From an uncultured Methanomassiliicoccales archaeon (lineage in GTDB: Archaea; Thermoplasmatota; Thermoplasmata; Methanomassiliicoccales; UBA472): a stretch of 64,000 bases of DNA. The position numbers were made by a program, and so were the translations under genes. The notes beneath the pieces were generated by a model. It searched no databases and was not told the origin of the DNA. It worked only from the letters and a program-made list of their open reading frames with translations. Positions 9,913 to 19,477 of the stretch are shown piece by piece. Positions within the stretch are counted from its first letter, which is position 1. Each line of letters opens with the position of its first letter. The stretch spans positions 288,001 to 352,000 of the forward strand of contig OY968769.1 of NCBI GenBank assembly GCA_963695345.1. Reading direction: 5' to 3'.

Positions 9913-11082
9913 CTAGCACACCTTCTCCCTGTAGATTGGGGACATCTCCCTTAATTTCTTTACCACTGAAGGAGCCACTTCGAGGAAGCGCTCGATCTCG
10001 TCCATCGTGTTGAACTTGGACAGGCTGGCCCGGAGCGAGCCGTGCATCTGCTCGTTCTTCAGGCCCAAGGCCGATAGGACGTGTGAAGGACCGGTCGTCC
10101 TGGAGGAACAGGCCGAGCCGGTCGAGACGCAGAAGCCCTTCTGGTCCAGGAGCATCAGCAGCGACTCGCCCTCTACCCCATCGAACCGGAAATGGGCGTT
10201 GTTGCAAAGCCTTTCGGTCGGATGCCCGTTCAGGTGGGCATCCGGGATCTCGGACAATACGCCCTCGATCATCCTGTCCCGCATCCTGGTTATCCTGGCC
10301 ACGTCCTTGTCGAACTCGGCCATTCCCAATTCGATCGCCTTTCCCATGCCCACGATGCCCGGGATGTTCTCCGTGGATGACCGGAGACCGCGCTCCTGAC
10401 CGCCGCCATAGACCAGTGGCCTTACCTTGAGGCCTTTCTTCAGAAACAGAGCGCCGATCCCTTTCGGGGCATGGAACTTGTGGCCGGACATGGAAAGCAT
10501 GTCGATGCTGTCCTTGACCACGTCGGTCCGCACCTTTGTGATGGACTGGACCGCGTCCGTATGGAAGACCGCCCCCCTGTCATGGGCGATCTCCGCGATC
10601 GCTTTGATGGGTTCGATCGTGCCTATCTCGTTATTCGCGGCCATGACCGAAACGATCAAGGTCTTTCCGGTGACCGCCCCCTTGACCTGCTCCAGGTCGA
10701 CCAGGCCGAACTCGTCGACGGGCAGATACGTGACCTTGAAACCTTCCCGCTCCAGGAACTCGCAGGTGTTCAGTATGGCGTGGTGCTCGATCCTGCTGGT
10801 GACGATATGATTTCCCCTCTTCCGGTTGGCGAAGGCGTATCCCTGCAGGGCCAAGTTGTCCGCCTCCGTGCCCCCGCCGGTGAACACGATCTCTCCAGGC
10901 ACTGAGCCGATCGCCCCTGCCACTCTCTCCCTGGCAATGCCCATCGACTCTTCCGCGTCCCTTCCCAGGATATGCAGGCTGGACGGATTGCCATAGCTCT
11001 CCAGGAAGAACGGCTTCATTTCCTCCAGGACCCTCGGGTCGACGCTGGTGGTGGCACTATTGTCGAAATACGTCACGTTCAC
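9913..11082 (-). CDS. iscS: Cysteine desulfurase, group I (IscS/NifS), canonical
   Basis: YFDNSATT, GNPSS, IEHHA, HTDAVQ, SGHKFHAPKG (PLP Lys), STGSACSS. Confidence 0.95.
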   Translation of the reverse strand: MNVTYFDNSATTSVDPRVLEEMKPFFLESYGNPSSLHILGRDAEESMGIARERVAGAIGSVPGEIVFTGGGTEADNLALQGYAFANRKRGNHIVTSRIEHHAILNTCEFLEREGFKVTYLPVDEFGLVDLEQVKGAVTGKTLIVSVMAANNEIGTIEPIKAIAEIAHDRGAVFHTDAVQSITKVRTDVVKDSIDMLSMSGHKFHAPKGIGALFLKKGLKVRPLVYGGGQERGLRSSTENIPGIVGMGKAIELGMAEFDKDVARITRMRDRMIEGVLSEIPDAHLNGHPTERLCNNAHFRFDGVEGESLLMLLDQKGFCVSTGSACSSRTTGPSHVLSALGLKNEQMHGSLRASLSKFNTMDEIERFLEVAPSVVKKLREMSPIYREKVC

Positions 11083-11257
11083 CGAAAAGCACCTTCTGAT
11101 CGACTATTAACAATCGATAACACACTGTCCGATATAATAAATTGACTGGTCGACCTTCCCGTTGGGTCAAGCTCTGGAGGAATATTCCTCTTGGGACTGT
11201 GGATCTGTTGGCCATTGACGAGCCGTCCCGAACCTGCCTCAACCATCGCCATGGATG

Positions 11258-11884
11258 TCACTTGCGGGCGTGGTCCTCGACCCTTACCCCGATCTTCTGG
11301 CAAAGCTCAAGGAAAGCCTGCCTGCGCTCCTCCTGGTCCTCTGTGTTGAACCGCAGCAAGAACGGCCTCTGGGCCCAATCGAACGGCATTTCAGCCTTGC
11401 CATGGACGAACAGGAGCATCGCGGCGATGTTCACAGCAACATCCCCCTCCCGTTCCTGCACCCCGCGGAAGAGTTCATCGACCACCTCGGGCGGATGGAA
11501 CTCCTCGACCAGGTCCAGGGCATGAGATAGCCCGTCATTGATGGCGCAAGCTCTGAGGCAACCTACAATAGCCTCCACCTTCTCATCCCGATTAACATTG
11601 TCAGGGGAATAGCTGATCACCGCCATCCTTACCCGGTGATCCCCCTCCAGGAACGCTTCCCGGATAGCTTTCCTCGATGATGGCGTGTCTATCTCGGCCA
11701 GCGCTTCGATGTCCCGCCAATCCCGACCTTTGCTGGAGATCACCAGCTTTTCTATGGCCAGGCGTTCGTCCGGGGAGGCTTCGCCTATCGCTTCCAGGTC
11801 ATAACCGATCCCGTCATGCCATTTCTCAAAATCTATTATCATGCTCCGCGCAAAACGGCTCAGAGGGTCCGATGTGGGATCCAT
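11258..11884 (-). CDS. Hypothetical helical (HEAT-like) protein
   Basis: Coherent ORF from MDPTSDPL; FEKWHDGIGYDL, DWRDIEAL; upstream extension looks non-coding. Confidence 0.65.
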   Translation of the reverse strand: MDPTSDPLSRFARSMIIDFEKWHDGIGYDLEAIGEASPDERLAIEKLVISSKGRDWRDIEALAEIDTPSSRKAIREAFLEGDHRVRMAVISYSPDNVNRDEKVEAIVGCLRACAINDGLSHALDLVEEFHPPEVVDELFRGVQEREGDVAVNIAAMLLFVHGKAEMPFDWAQRPFLLRFNTEDQEERRQAFLELCQKIGVRVEDHARK

Positions 11885-12151
11885 AGTGGCCGGTTTGGCT
11901 TCCGATCCCTTGTCCTTCTCATGACCGCGGGCCCTTCGGACACGCGATTCCTTCACATCCGGTTGCGATAGGTTCGATGGCGCATCTCGGCCCGGTTCCA
12001 TTTCTGACTTGTTCGCTTTCCTCATGGGTCTCCCATCCATTCCACACAACTGCGCGCTTTGGAACGCGTATCATGATACCATTTCCACCGAATGTATCTA
12101 AAGCTGTCTGCCAAAAGGATAGATATACGCTCATCCTGATTCTCGTGTCCG

Positions 12152-13363
12152 ATGGACATAGAAAAGATAAGGGCCGATTTTCCCATCCTTTCACAGGGGG
12201 ATAAGAGCCCGGTCTACCTCGACACGGCGTGCCAGAGCCTCAGGCCCAGGCAGGTGGTCGAGGCCATGGACTCATACTATTACGATTATCCAGCCTGCGG
12301 CGGCAGGAGCGTACACCGTCTGGCGACCCAGGTCTCGATCAAGGTCGACGAGGCGAGGGAGAATATCTCGGATTTCATCGGTTCCGATTCATATGACCAG
12401 ATCATCTTCACGAAGAACACCACCGAATCCATCAACCTGATCGCCCGCGGCCTTGGCCTCAAGAAGGGCGAGGCCGTGCTGACCACCGACATGGAGCACA
12501 ACAGCAATCATGTCCCATGGCTGCAGCTCAAGAAGACGGATGGCGTGGACCGGGTCATAGTGGAGACCCCTGAGGACGGGTCCTTCGACCTGGAGACCTT
12601 CAAGTCGGTTCTCAGCAAGAAGGTCAAACTCGTCAGCGTCGTCCACACGAACAACGTCACTGGCACGACCATCCCGGTGAAGGAGATCTGCGAGATATCG
12701 CACGACAACGGCTCTATGGTCATGGTCGACGGAGCCCAGTCGGCCCCCCACATGCGGGTAGATGTGGACGACATGGATGCCGATTTCTTCGCGTTCTCCA
12801 TGCACAAGATGCTCGGCCCCTCCGGCGTGGGCGTCCTCTATGGCAAGAAGGACCTGTTGAACAACGTGGCGCCCCTGATCGTCGGCGGAGGAGGGGTGAG
12901 CCTGACCACCTATGACAAGGTGGACCTGCTGCCGATACCGGAGAGGTTCGAATCCGGTCTGCTCAACTATGCCGGCATAATCGGTTCGGGAGCGGCCATC
13001 GATTACCTCAAGGGCATCGGCATGGATGAGGTGATGGAGCACGACATCGAATGCAATCGGATCGTCACCAAGGCCCTGGCAGACGAGGAAAAGATAACGG
13101 TCATCGGTCCCGGGGATCCGGAATCCCGAGGCAGCATCTTCTCATTCAATATCAGAGGAATGCGCTCGCATGATGTCGCCATGATCCTGGATGAGATGTC
13201 CGGGATGATGATCCGGTCGGGAATGCACTGCGTCCATCCATTCTTCCTTAAAAGGAATATCGACGGCGCCGCTCGGGCCTCGTTCTATGTCTATACCAGC
13301 AAGAAAGATTGCGAGCGCTTCGTTCAGGCGGTCAAGGAGACCGTCCGTTCCTTCGCCACCTGA
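12152..13363 (+). CDS. sufS: Cysteine desulfurase, group II (SufS/CsdA-like)
   Basis: KIRADFPIL, FTKNTTE, EHNSN, DGAQ, SMHKMLGPSG, RSGMHC, RASFYVY. Confidence 0.9.
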   Translation: MDIEKIRADFPILSQGDKSPVYLDTACQSLRPRQVVEAMDSYYYDYPACGGRSVHRLATQVSIKVDEARENISDFIGSDSYDQIIFTKNTTESINLIARGLGLKKGEAVLTTDMEHNSNHVPWLQLKKTDGVDRVIVETPEDGSFDLETFKSVLSKKVKLVSVVHTNNVTGTTIPVKEICEISHDNGSMVMVDGAQSAPHMRVDVDDMDADFFAFSMHKMLGPSGVGVLYGKKDLLNNVAPLIVGGGGVSLTTYDKVDLLPIPERFESGLLNYAGIIGSGAAIDYLKGIGMDEVMEHDIECNRIVTKALADEEKITVIGPGDPESRGSIFSFNIRGMRSHDVAMILDEMSGMMIRSGMHCVHPFFLKRNIDGAARASFYVYTSKKDCERFVQAVKETVRSFAT

Positions 13364-13761
13364 ACCTGGATGATGCCTCTCACCCCCATGCCCTTGTTCA
13401 CGAGCAAGATATCGTCCCAGGACACCGTCAGATCGTCCGATCCATTGGCATGGGTGAGGACGATGGCGCAGTGCAGTGAAGCGTAACTCCTATCGGTGCC
13501 TTCCTGGATGCAGACATATCCCTTCGATATCAGCATCGAGGACCGGGCATCTGGCAGATAGTCAGCCACCGAAAGCCTGAAACTGACAAGGTCCGGTGTG
13601 TTGGAAACGGCGTCCAAGGCATCGGCCAACTGATCGACCCGACGTTGGGATTCGTCATCGGACACGGAACGGTCGATCCCGGAAAAGGCCAGGACCAATA
13701 CGCCGGTGACCGCGATGCCGCCGACGAACAGCCATACCTTGGAGAGGAAGAACTCCATCAT
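13324..13761 (-). CDS. N-terminally anchored pilin-like/membrane protein
   Basis: MMEFFLSKVWLFVGGIAVTGVLV hydrophobic N-helix; ATGA overlap with the upstream pilin gene. Confidence 0.7.
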   Translation of the reverse strand: MMEFFLSKVWLFVGGIAVTGVLVLAFSGIDRSVSDDESQRRVDQLADALDAVSNTPDLVSFRLSVADYLPDARSSMLISKGYVCIQEGTDRSYASLHCAIVLTHANGSDDLTVSWDDILLVNKGMGVRGIIQVQVAKERTVSLTA

Positions 13762-14219
13762 GTGATCACCAGGACATATGCACCGGTGCCGGAGATGCTG
13801 TCGGACAGACAGGCGAAGGAGAGCCGGTCAGTGCCCGAGGTCAGTTGGTAGGGTTGGCCGCTGGAGGTGGTGACCCGTACTGCCGGGTCCGATAGGTAGA
13901 TGCGTTCGATCCCGCCCTCGTGGATCACCTTGATGACCATCGATTCGGTCCGGTTCAGATCCCCTCCGATCTCAATGGTGCATTCGATATTCCCGATCGG
14001 CGAATCCATCGTGCGCTGGTTGCCAGGACCGGAAATGTAGGTGGCGGTTATCGTTTCGCGAATTCGCTCGGCCGCGCTCAGGGCCATCGACTCAGAGGTC
14101 AGCGCCTGATAGTTGCCCATGCTGGATAGGATGACCGGTGCCGCGAGCGATATGAGAAGGGAGACGATTAGGAGCTTGAGGGGCATTCCCTCCAGCCCGC
14201 GCCGGTCCCTGATCGCCAA
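13758..14219 (-). CDS. Type IV pilin-like protein, class III signal peptide
   Basis: RDRRG|LEGMPLKLLIVSLLISL; TYISGPGNQRT. Confidence 0.75.
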   Translation of the reverse strand: MAIRDRRGLEGMPLKLLIVSLLISLAAPVILSSMGNYQALTSESMALSAAERIRETITATYISGPGNQRTMDSPIGNIECTIEIGGDLNRTESMVIKVIHEGGIERIYLSDPAVRVTTSSGQPYQLTSGTDRLSFACLSDSISGTGAYVLVIT

Positions 14220-14223
14220 ACCA

Positions 14224-14700
14224 TCACCCCGAGATGACCGGGATGGTCAGACTGGTGTCCGTGCCGTAGCCGCTTTTGGTTACGGTGACGGAGACGAATC
14301 CCACCGCCTTTCCGGTCTGTGTCAACTGCATGTTGTAGAGAGTGATCTTCCCATCGGGTCCGGTCGTTCCATAGGGCCGGGTGCCATCGTTCTTCGCAAT
14401 ATTGCATCCTTCAAGTACGACCGTGGCTCCGGTCACTGGGTCCCCCTTTCCATCGGTCACGGTTATGGTCATGTCGACGTTGTCGACCTCGAAGATGCCA
14501 TCACCGTTCCCGTCGCGAGCCACAAGCTCCATCGGTGATGATGTCACGGAGCCGATCGATGGCGGCGCGTTCAGATTGCCCATCCATCCCAGCAGGACCG
14601 CGGAACCTATGCCGGCGATCAGTACCATGATCATCAGCTGCAAGGGCAGCCCCTCGATCCCCCCGCTCCTATCTTTCTTGAATTGTGTTCTCATCCTCAT
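14224..14700 (-). CDS. Type IV pilin-like protein with Ig/carboxypeptidase-regulatory-like domain
   Basis: KKDRSG|GIEGLPLQLMIMVLIAGIG; VTDGKGDPVTGATVVL...TTGPDG...VTKSGY. Confidence 0.78.
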   Translation of the reverse strand: MRMRTQFKKDRSGGIEGLPLQLMIMVLIAGIGSAVLLGWMGNLNAPPSIGSVTSSPMELVARDGNGDGIFEVDNVDMTITVTDGKGDPVTGATVVLEGCNIAKNDGTRPYGTTGPDGKITLYNMQLTQTGKAVGFVSVTVTKSGYGTDTSLTIPVISG

Positions 14701-14901
14701 GTGAGCGCCTCTGAAATGGGAGCGCCCAAGAGGTCGTTAGTCGATGGTGTTACAATCAGACTACGTATTGGACTATTGATCGATATCAAATCGGTTGAAT
14801 CTGCTCAGATTGGACAAGTCAGGACCTTCCCTGGATCTTAGATGTCACCATCAGGGCATCATTTTTGCCGAGAATGTTCCAGGATCTTATCTCCATGCAC
14901 C

Positions 14902-15045
14902 GGGTACAACTCACTCGCGATCCCGGTAGCCGCTGGGGTCCTGTTCAACTACGGGATACTGCTGACACCGGCGGCGGGAGCGGTCCTCATGAGCGTTTCC
15001 ACCGTCGTGGTGGCGATCAATGCCAGGCTGCTTAGGCCTGGTTGA
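14902..15045 (+). pseudogene. C-terminal fragment of heavy-metal P1B-type ATPase
   Basis: [12 protein letters not shown]...[22 protein letters not shown] matches the last two TM helices of Cu-type P1B ATPases; rest of gene absent. Confidence 0.8.
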
Positions 15046-15075
15046 TTCCACCGCCCGTGGAAACAGGAAGGCGTT

Positions 15076-15717
15076 TCACACCGGGTCGCCGAACTTGATC
15101 TTGACCTCTTTGACGTCCCATATGTTCCCGATCTTCTCCTTGATCTCTTCCTCGATGTTCGAAGCGAACAGGTTGTTAATGGCCAGGTCCAGGTCGATCG
15201 ATACGACCCCTTCCTCCACCTTGATCTCCTTGACCATTTCCGTCCTGACGATGTCCAGACCGGCCAGCGGGTTCATGACCGTCTTCAGACGGCGCTGGAC
15301 TATCTCAACGGTGGTCGGTATCTTTTCCTTTATCAGACCGTGCCTTTCCTCATAGTTGGTGATCGCCTCGTGGAGAGCCTCAACCGCCAGCACGGAACAG
15401 TGCACCTTGACCTTTGGCAATCCGCCCAAGGCATCCGCCGCATCCCTCCAGCTGATCTCCTTGGCCTTGTCGATCGTCTTCCCCTTGGCAAGTTCGGTGA
15501 TGATGGACGCCGTCGCGATATTGGACGCGCATCCGTACGATTCGAACTTGATATCGGTGATGACCTTGGTCGCCTCTTCCACCATGATGTACAGCGCCAC
15601 CATGTCTCCACAGGCCGGGCTGCCCACCATCGCCTTGCCATCGGCGTTCTCGATCTTGCCTACGTTCTTGGGGTTCTTGAAGTGCTCCAGCACCGTCTCG
15701 TTGTATGGGAATTTCAT
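15076..15717 (-). CDS. IscU-type scaffold fused to C-terminal DUF59/MIP18 (SufT-like) domain
   Basis: YNETVLEHFKNPKNVG, PACGD, YGCASN, KVHCS; then LKTVMNPLAGLDIV...VKEIKV DUF59-like. Confidence 0.85.
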   Translation of the reverse strand: MKFPYNETVLEHFKNPKNVGKIENADGKAMVGSPACGDMVALYIMVEEATKVITDIKFESYGCASNIATASIITELAKGKTIDKAKEISWRDAADALGGLPKVKVHCSVLAVEALHEAITNYEERHGLIKEKIPTTVEIVQRRLKTVMNPLAGLDIVRTEMVKEIKVEEGVVSIDLDLAINNLFASNIEEEIKEKIGNIWDVKEVKIKFGDPV

Positions 15718-15727
15718 TTCCTCACCA

Positions 15728-16897
15728 TCACTTCTTCAATGGACTGATCCTTCTCAGGTTGGCTATGATCTCCGCGCATGATTCGACCGCCGCGTCCACG
15801 TCATCCATGTCGTTGAACCGGCTCAGGCTGAACCTTATGGAACCGTGGGCCCTTTCATGGTCACCGCCGATGCCCATGATGACATGACTGGCCTCGAGGG
15901 TCCGGCTGAAACAGGCGGAGCCTGTGCTCACCTCGAAACCCCTCATGTCCAGATGCAGGGTGATCGATTCTCCCTCGACGTAATGGAAGGTGATGTTGGC
16001 GTTCTGCGGTGTCCTCTTCGTCGCGGAACCATTGAGCATCGTCTGGGGAACGGCTTCCAGCATGCGCTTGATAAGGCTGTCCCGCAGGCCCCTGATGTAG
16101 TCGTTCTCCTCATCGGACACCAGATCGGCCGCCTTGGCGAAACCGATGATCCCGGGGATGTTCTCCAGTCCGGCCCTCCGGTTGGACTCCTGGAACCCGC
16201 CATCCATCCACTTGGATATCTGTGTCCCTTTCCGGATGTACAGTCCGCCGACCCCCTTCGGCCCGTGAATGGTATGGGCTGAGATCGTCAGCAGGTCGAC
16301 ATGTAGCTTTGACACGTCCAGGGGGATCCTCTTGAAGGTGTGGGTGGCGTCGGCGTGATACAGCACACCCTTATCATGACAGATATCCGCTATGGCCTTG
16401 ATCTCCTGGACCGTGCCGATCTCCTGGTTGGCGTGCTGGATGGAGACCAGGACGGTCTCCGGGGTGATGCTCGCCTGGAGCTTGTCCAGGTCGACGAAGC
16501 CTTCCCCGTCCACCTCCAGGAATGTCACCTGGTTGCCTTCCTGTTCCAGGGTCTTGGCGCTGTTCAGGACGGGGAAGTCCTCCAATTTGGAGACGATTAG
16601 GTGTTTCCCCTTCTTCCGGTTCGCCTTGACCACGCCCTTCACCGCCGTGTTGCTCGATTCAGTGTCGCCGGAAGTGAACACCAGCTCCTCGGGTAACGCC
16701 CCCAGGTGCTTGCCCAGGGTGGCCCTGGCCTCGTCCAATGCCTCCCTCGAGTCCAGTCCCATGGAGTATCCGAACTCGGATGTGGCCACCGCGTAGTGCT
16801 CCAGGAAGAATGGTCTCATCGCCTCTAGCACCCGCTCGTCCAACCTGGTCGTGGCCGAATTGTCCAAATAATGTACCTTGCCTTCCATTTCCATCAT
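15728..16897 (-). CDS. IscS-like protein lacking the PLP-binding lysine
   Basis: YLDNSATT, NQEIGTVQ, SAHTIHGPKG (K to T), STGSACFS retained; start 16888-16897. Confidence 0.85.
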   Translation of the reverse strand: MMEMEGKVHYLDNSATTRLDERVLEAMRPFFLEHYAVATSEFGYSMGLDSREALDEARATLGKHLGALPEELVFTSGDTESSNTAVKGVVKANRKKGKHLIVSKLEDFPVLNSAKTLEQEGNQVTFLEVDGEGFVDLDKLQASITPETVLVSIQHANQEIGTVQEIKAIADICHDKGVLYHADATHTFKRIPLDVSKLHVDLLTISAHTIHGPKGVGGLYIRKGTQISKWMDGGFQESNRRAGLENIPGIIGFAKAADLVSDEENDYIRGLRDSLIKRMLEAVPQTMLNGSATKRTPQNANITFHYVEGESITLHLDMRGFEVSTGSACFSRTLEASHVIMGIGGDHERAHGSIRFSLSRFNDMDDVDAAVESCAEIIANLRRISPLKK

Positions 16898-17398
16898 CTC
16901 GAATGAAGTCTGATCCCGTTTATCGTCGGCGTGCAATGGGACGTGGACAGCCTGGATCTTACATGGACCCTGCCCAAGGTTCTATCTCCTGACCGCGATC
17001 ATTTTGTATTGGTTAAGGGGTCGATTTTGGGCCATTTTCCTGGTCATACCCAAGGCACTGCAAACGGAAGGTTAGTATTCCGTTTCCCGACCCTACCGAT
17101 ATGGTCCAAGACGGATCCTTTCAGGGTCAACGATTGTTCTCCAGTCCGCCCTTCTTTAATTTTGCTATGTTGCCGGTTGTTCGGTAGAGGAAGAATGGCA
17201 AATGAATGATATTTAACTATTGTTATATGTCATGTCGGTCCGTAAGGCAAGACCAGAGGATGACTCGCGACGTCGATATCAGTTCCCGAAACGGTCAGAG
17301 CAATTATCGATTTCACCTCTGGTCGATCATGAATATCCCTATCAATTTTGATAACCATCCAATCGGATTTTATAAGATAGGACGCCGATAGTAAAAGA

Positions 17399-17770
17399 GT
17401 GGCGGAAAAACAGTTCCTTGATTCATCTAGGCTATTGGCCGAGAAGCTTTCGGTGAGGATACTCCTAGCCACGATGAAGAATCCCCGGTCGGCTTTTGAA
17501 CTCAGCAACAACCTGGGAATTCCGATCGCGCTCTGCTTCCGCAAGATCAAGCAGCTAGAGGATGTCGGTTTGATCGCATGCGTGGAAAGGGAGCTCACCA
17601 AGGAAGGGAAGAGGGTCAGTCGTTTTCGGTCCAACCTCAGGAATGGCCGCATTGTCCTGAAGAGGAACCAGGTCCAGGCCCGGATCGAACTTTTCGATGG
17701 TTCGACCCAGGAAGTGAAGTACGATATCGAATTGCCCACCTTCCTGGACAAGACCCCTGAGACTGTATGA
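17399..17770 (+). CDS. Winged-HTH (ArsR-like) archaeal transcription regulator
   Basis: ILLATMKNPRSAFELSNNLGIPIALCFRKIKQLEDVGLI...TKEGKR; GTG start. Confidence 0.8.
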   Translation: MAEKQFLDSSRLLAEKLSVRILLATMKNPRSAFELSNNLGIPIALCFRKIKQLEDVGLIACVERELTKEGKRVSRFRSNLRNGRIVLKRNQVQARIELFDGSTQEVKYDIELPTFLDKTPETV

Positions 17771-18088
17771 ACCTCATTGCCGGGGAAATGGGCTAATGCA
17801 CTAACCGTTCACTCAGGAATCTGGCCGTTACATTTCTAAAAAGACCGATGACGCATGGTCATAGGGTTGAGGTACCTACCTCGGGGCTCCAAAAACCTCT
17901 CCGCATTTCGCAATCGGGTCTGGACGAGGCATGAAAGAAGTCCCTGAAGGAATAAAACCACGCAACCCGAAGCGGCGCTACGATTATCGCCAAGGAAATG
18001 ATGGCATCCAAGCGGGTAAGCTTTATCTAAACAATGATTATACCGAGAAAGAGCGTCGCATGCTACGGCGTGTCTCAGGTGCGTCAGA

Positions 18089-19477
18089 ATGTTCAACCGT
18101 GTCCTAGTGGCAAACAGAGGCGAGATCGCGATAAGGATCATCAAGACCTGCAAGAGACTTGGTGTTCCCACGGTCGCCGTTTATACGCCATCGGACAAGC
18201 ACTGCAAGCATGTCGGACTGGCCGACAGGGCGGTCGAGCTCCAGTCGAAGCCAGGCATGATCGGCTACCTGGACATGGACGCTATCTTCGATGTCGCCAA
18301 CCGGATGAAGGTGGAGGCGATCCATCCCGGATATGGATTCCTGTCCGAGAAGGCCGAGTTCTCCGAGCGCTGCGAGGAGGAGGGTCTCTCGTTCATCGGA
18401 CCGAACCCGCGGGCCATGAAGCTGCTCAGCACGAAACTGGGTTCCCGCGCTTTCATGACCAAGGTCGGTGTCCCGGTCATGCCCGGTGTCCTGGAACCGC
18501 TCAAGGACGCCGAGGACGCTAAGAAGCAGGCCAACCGCATCGGTTACCCGGTCATGCTGAAAGCCTCCGGCGGAGGCGGCGGGCGGGGGATGAGGGTCGT
18601 CAACGACGACGCGGAGATGGACGACGCGTTCACCTCGGCCAGGAACGAGGCCACCAAGGCGTTCAACAATCCTACCATTTACATGGAGAAGGCGTTCCTT
18701 CGCGGACGCCACATCGAGTTCCAGGTGGTGGGCGACTCGCGCGGCAACGCCTACTGCCTGGGCGAGAGGGAATGCTCCGTCCAGCGCCGTCACCAGAAGA
18801 TCCTGGAGGAGACGCCGTCCTGCGCCGTGAACGAGGAGATGCGGGAGCGCATTGGCACCCTGGTCAAGGAAGCGGTGAAGAAGGCCGGCTACACCTCACT
18901 GGGGACGTTCGAGTTCCTGATGGGGGACGGCCATCTGTACTTCATGGAGGCCAACTGCCGTATCCAGGTCGAGCACCCGATCACCGAGGTGTGCACCGGG
19001 CTGGACCTGGTGGAGATGCAGCTGTCCATCGCCACCGACAAGGATGTCACCAAGGAACTGGGCTCCGTCCACCCGAAGGGGCATGCCATGGAGTTCCGTA
19101 TCAACGCCGAGAACCCGTTCAACAACTTCATGCCCACCCCCGGCCGGATCGAGAAATACCTGGAGCCGGCAGGGGAGAACATCCGCATCGATTCCCACGC
19201 ATACGAAGGATACGTCGTCCCCACCGAGTTCGACAACCTCCTGGCGAAACTGATCGTCTACGGCAAGGACCGGACCGAGGTGCTGAACAAGGCCCGGGAC
19301 GCCCTGGACCGGTACACGGTCACCGGGATCAAGACCACCATCCCGTACCACCGGCTGGTCGTCCGGAACCATGAGTTCATCGATGGTAACTACAACATCG
19401 AGTTCGTGAAGGACCATCCTCCGGCGGAGATGCTGAAACAGACCGAGTTCTCGATGTTCGAGAACTACGGTGCCTGA
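18089..19477 (+). CDS. Biotin carboxylase (pyruvate carboxylase subunit A / AccC family)
   Basis: VLVANRGEIA, IHPGYGFLSE, KASGGGGGRGMR, RECSVQRRHQK, EANCRIQVEHP, EFRINAE; GGTG RBS. Confidence 0.93.
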   Translation: MFNRVLVANRGEIAIRIIKTCKRLGVPTVAVYTPSDKHCKHVGLADRAVELQSKPGMIGYLDMDAIFDVANRMKVEAIHPGYGFLSEKAEFSERCEEEGLSFIGPNPRAMKLLSTKLGSRAFMTKVGVPVMPGVLEPLKDAEDAKKQANRIGYPVMLKASGGGGGRGMRVVNDDAEMDDAFTSARNEATKAFNNPTIYMEKAFLRGRHIEFQVVGDSRGNAYCLGERECSVQRRHQKILEETPSCAVNEEMRERIGTLVKEAVKKAGYTSLGTFEFLMGDGHLYFMEANCRIQVEHPITEVCTGLDLVEMQLSIATDKDVTKELGSVHPKGHAMEFRINAENPFNNFMPTPGRIEKYLEPAGENIRIDSHAYEGYVVPTEFDNLLAKLIVYGKDRTEVLNKARDALDRYTVTGIKTTIPYHRLVVRNHEFIDGNYNIEFVKDHPPAEMLKQTEFSMFENYGA

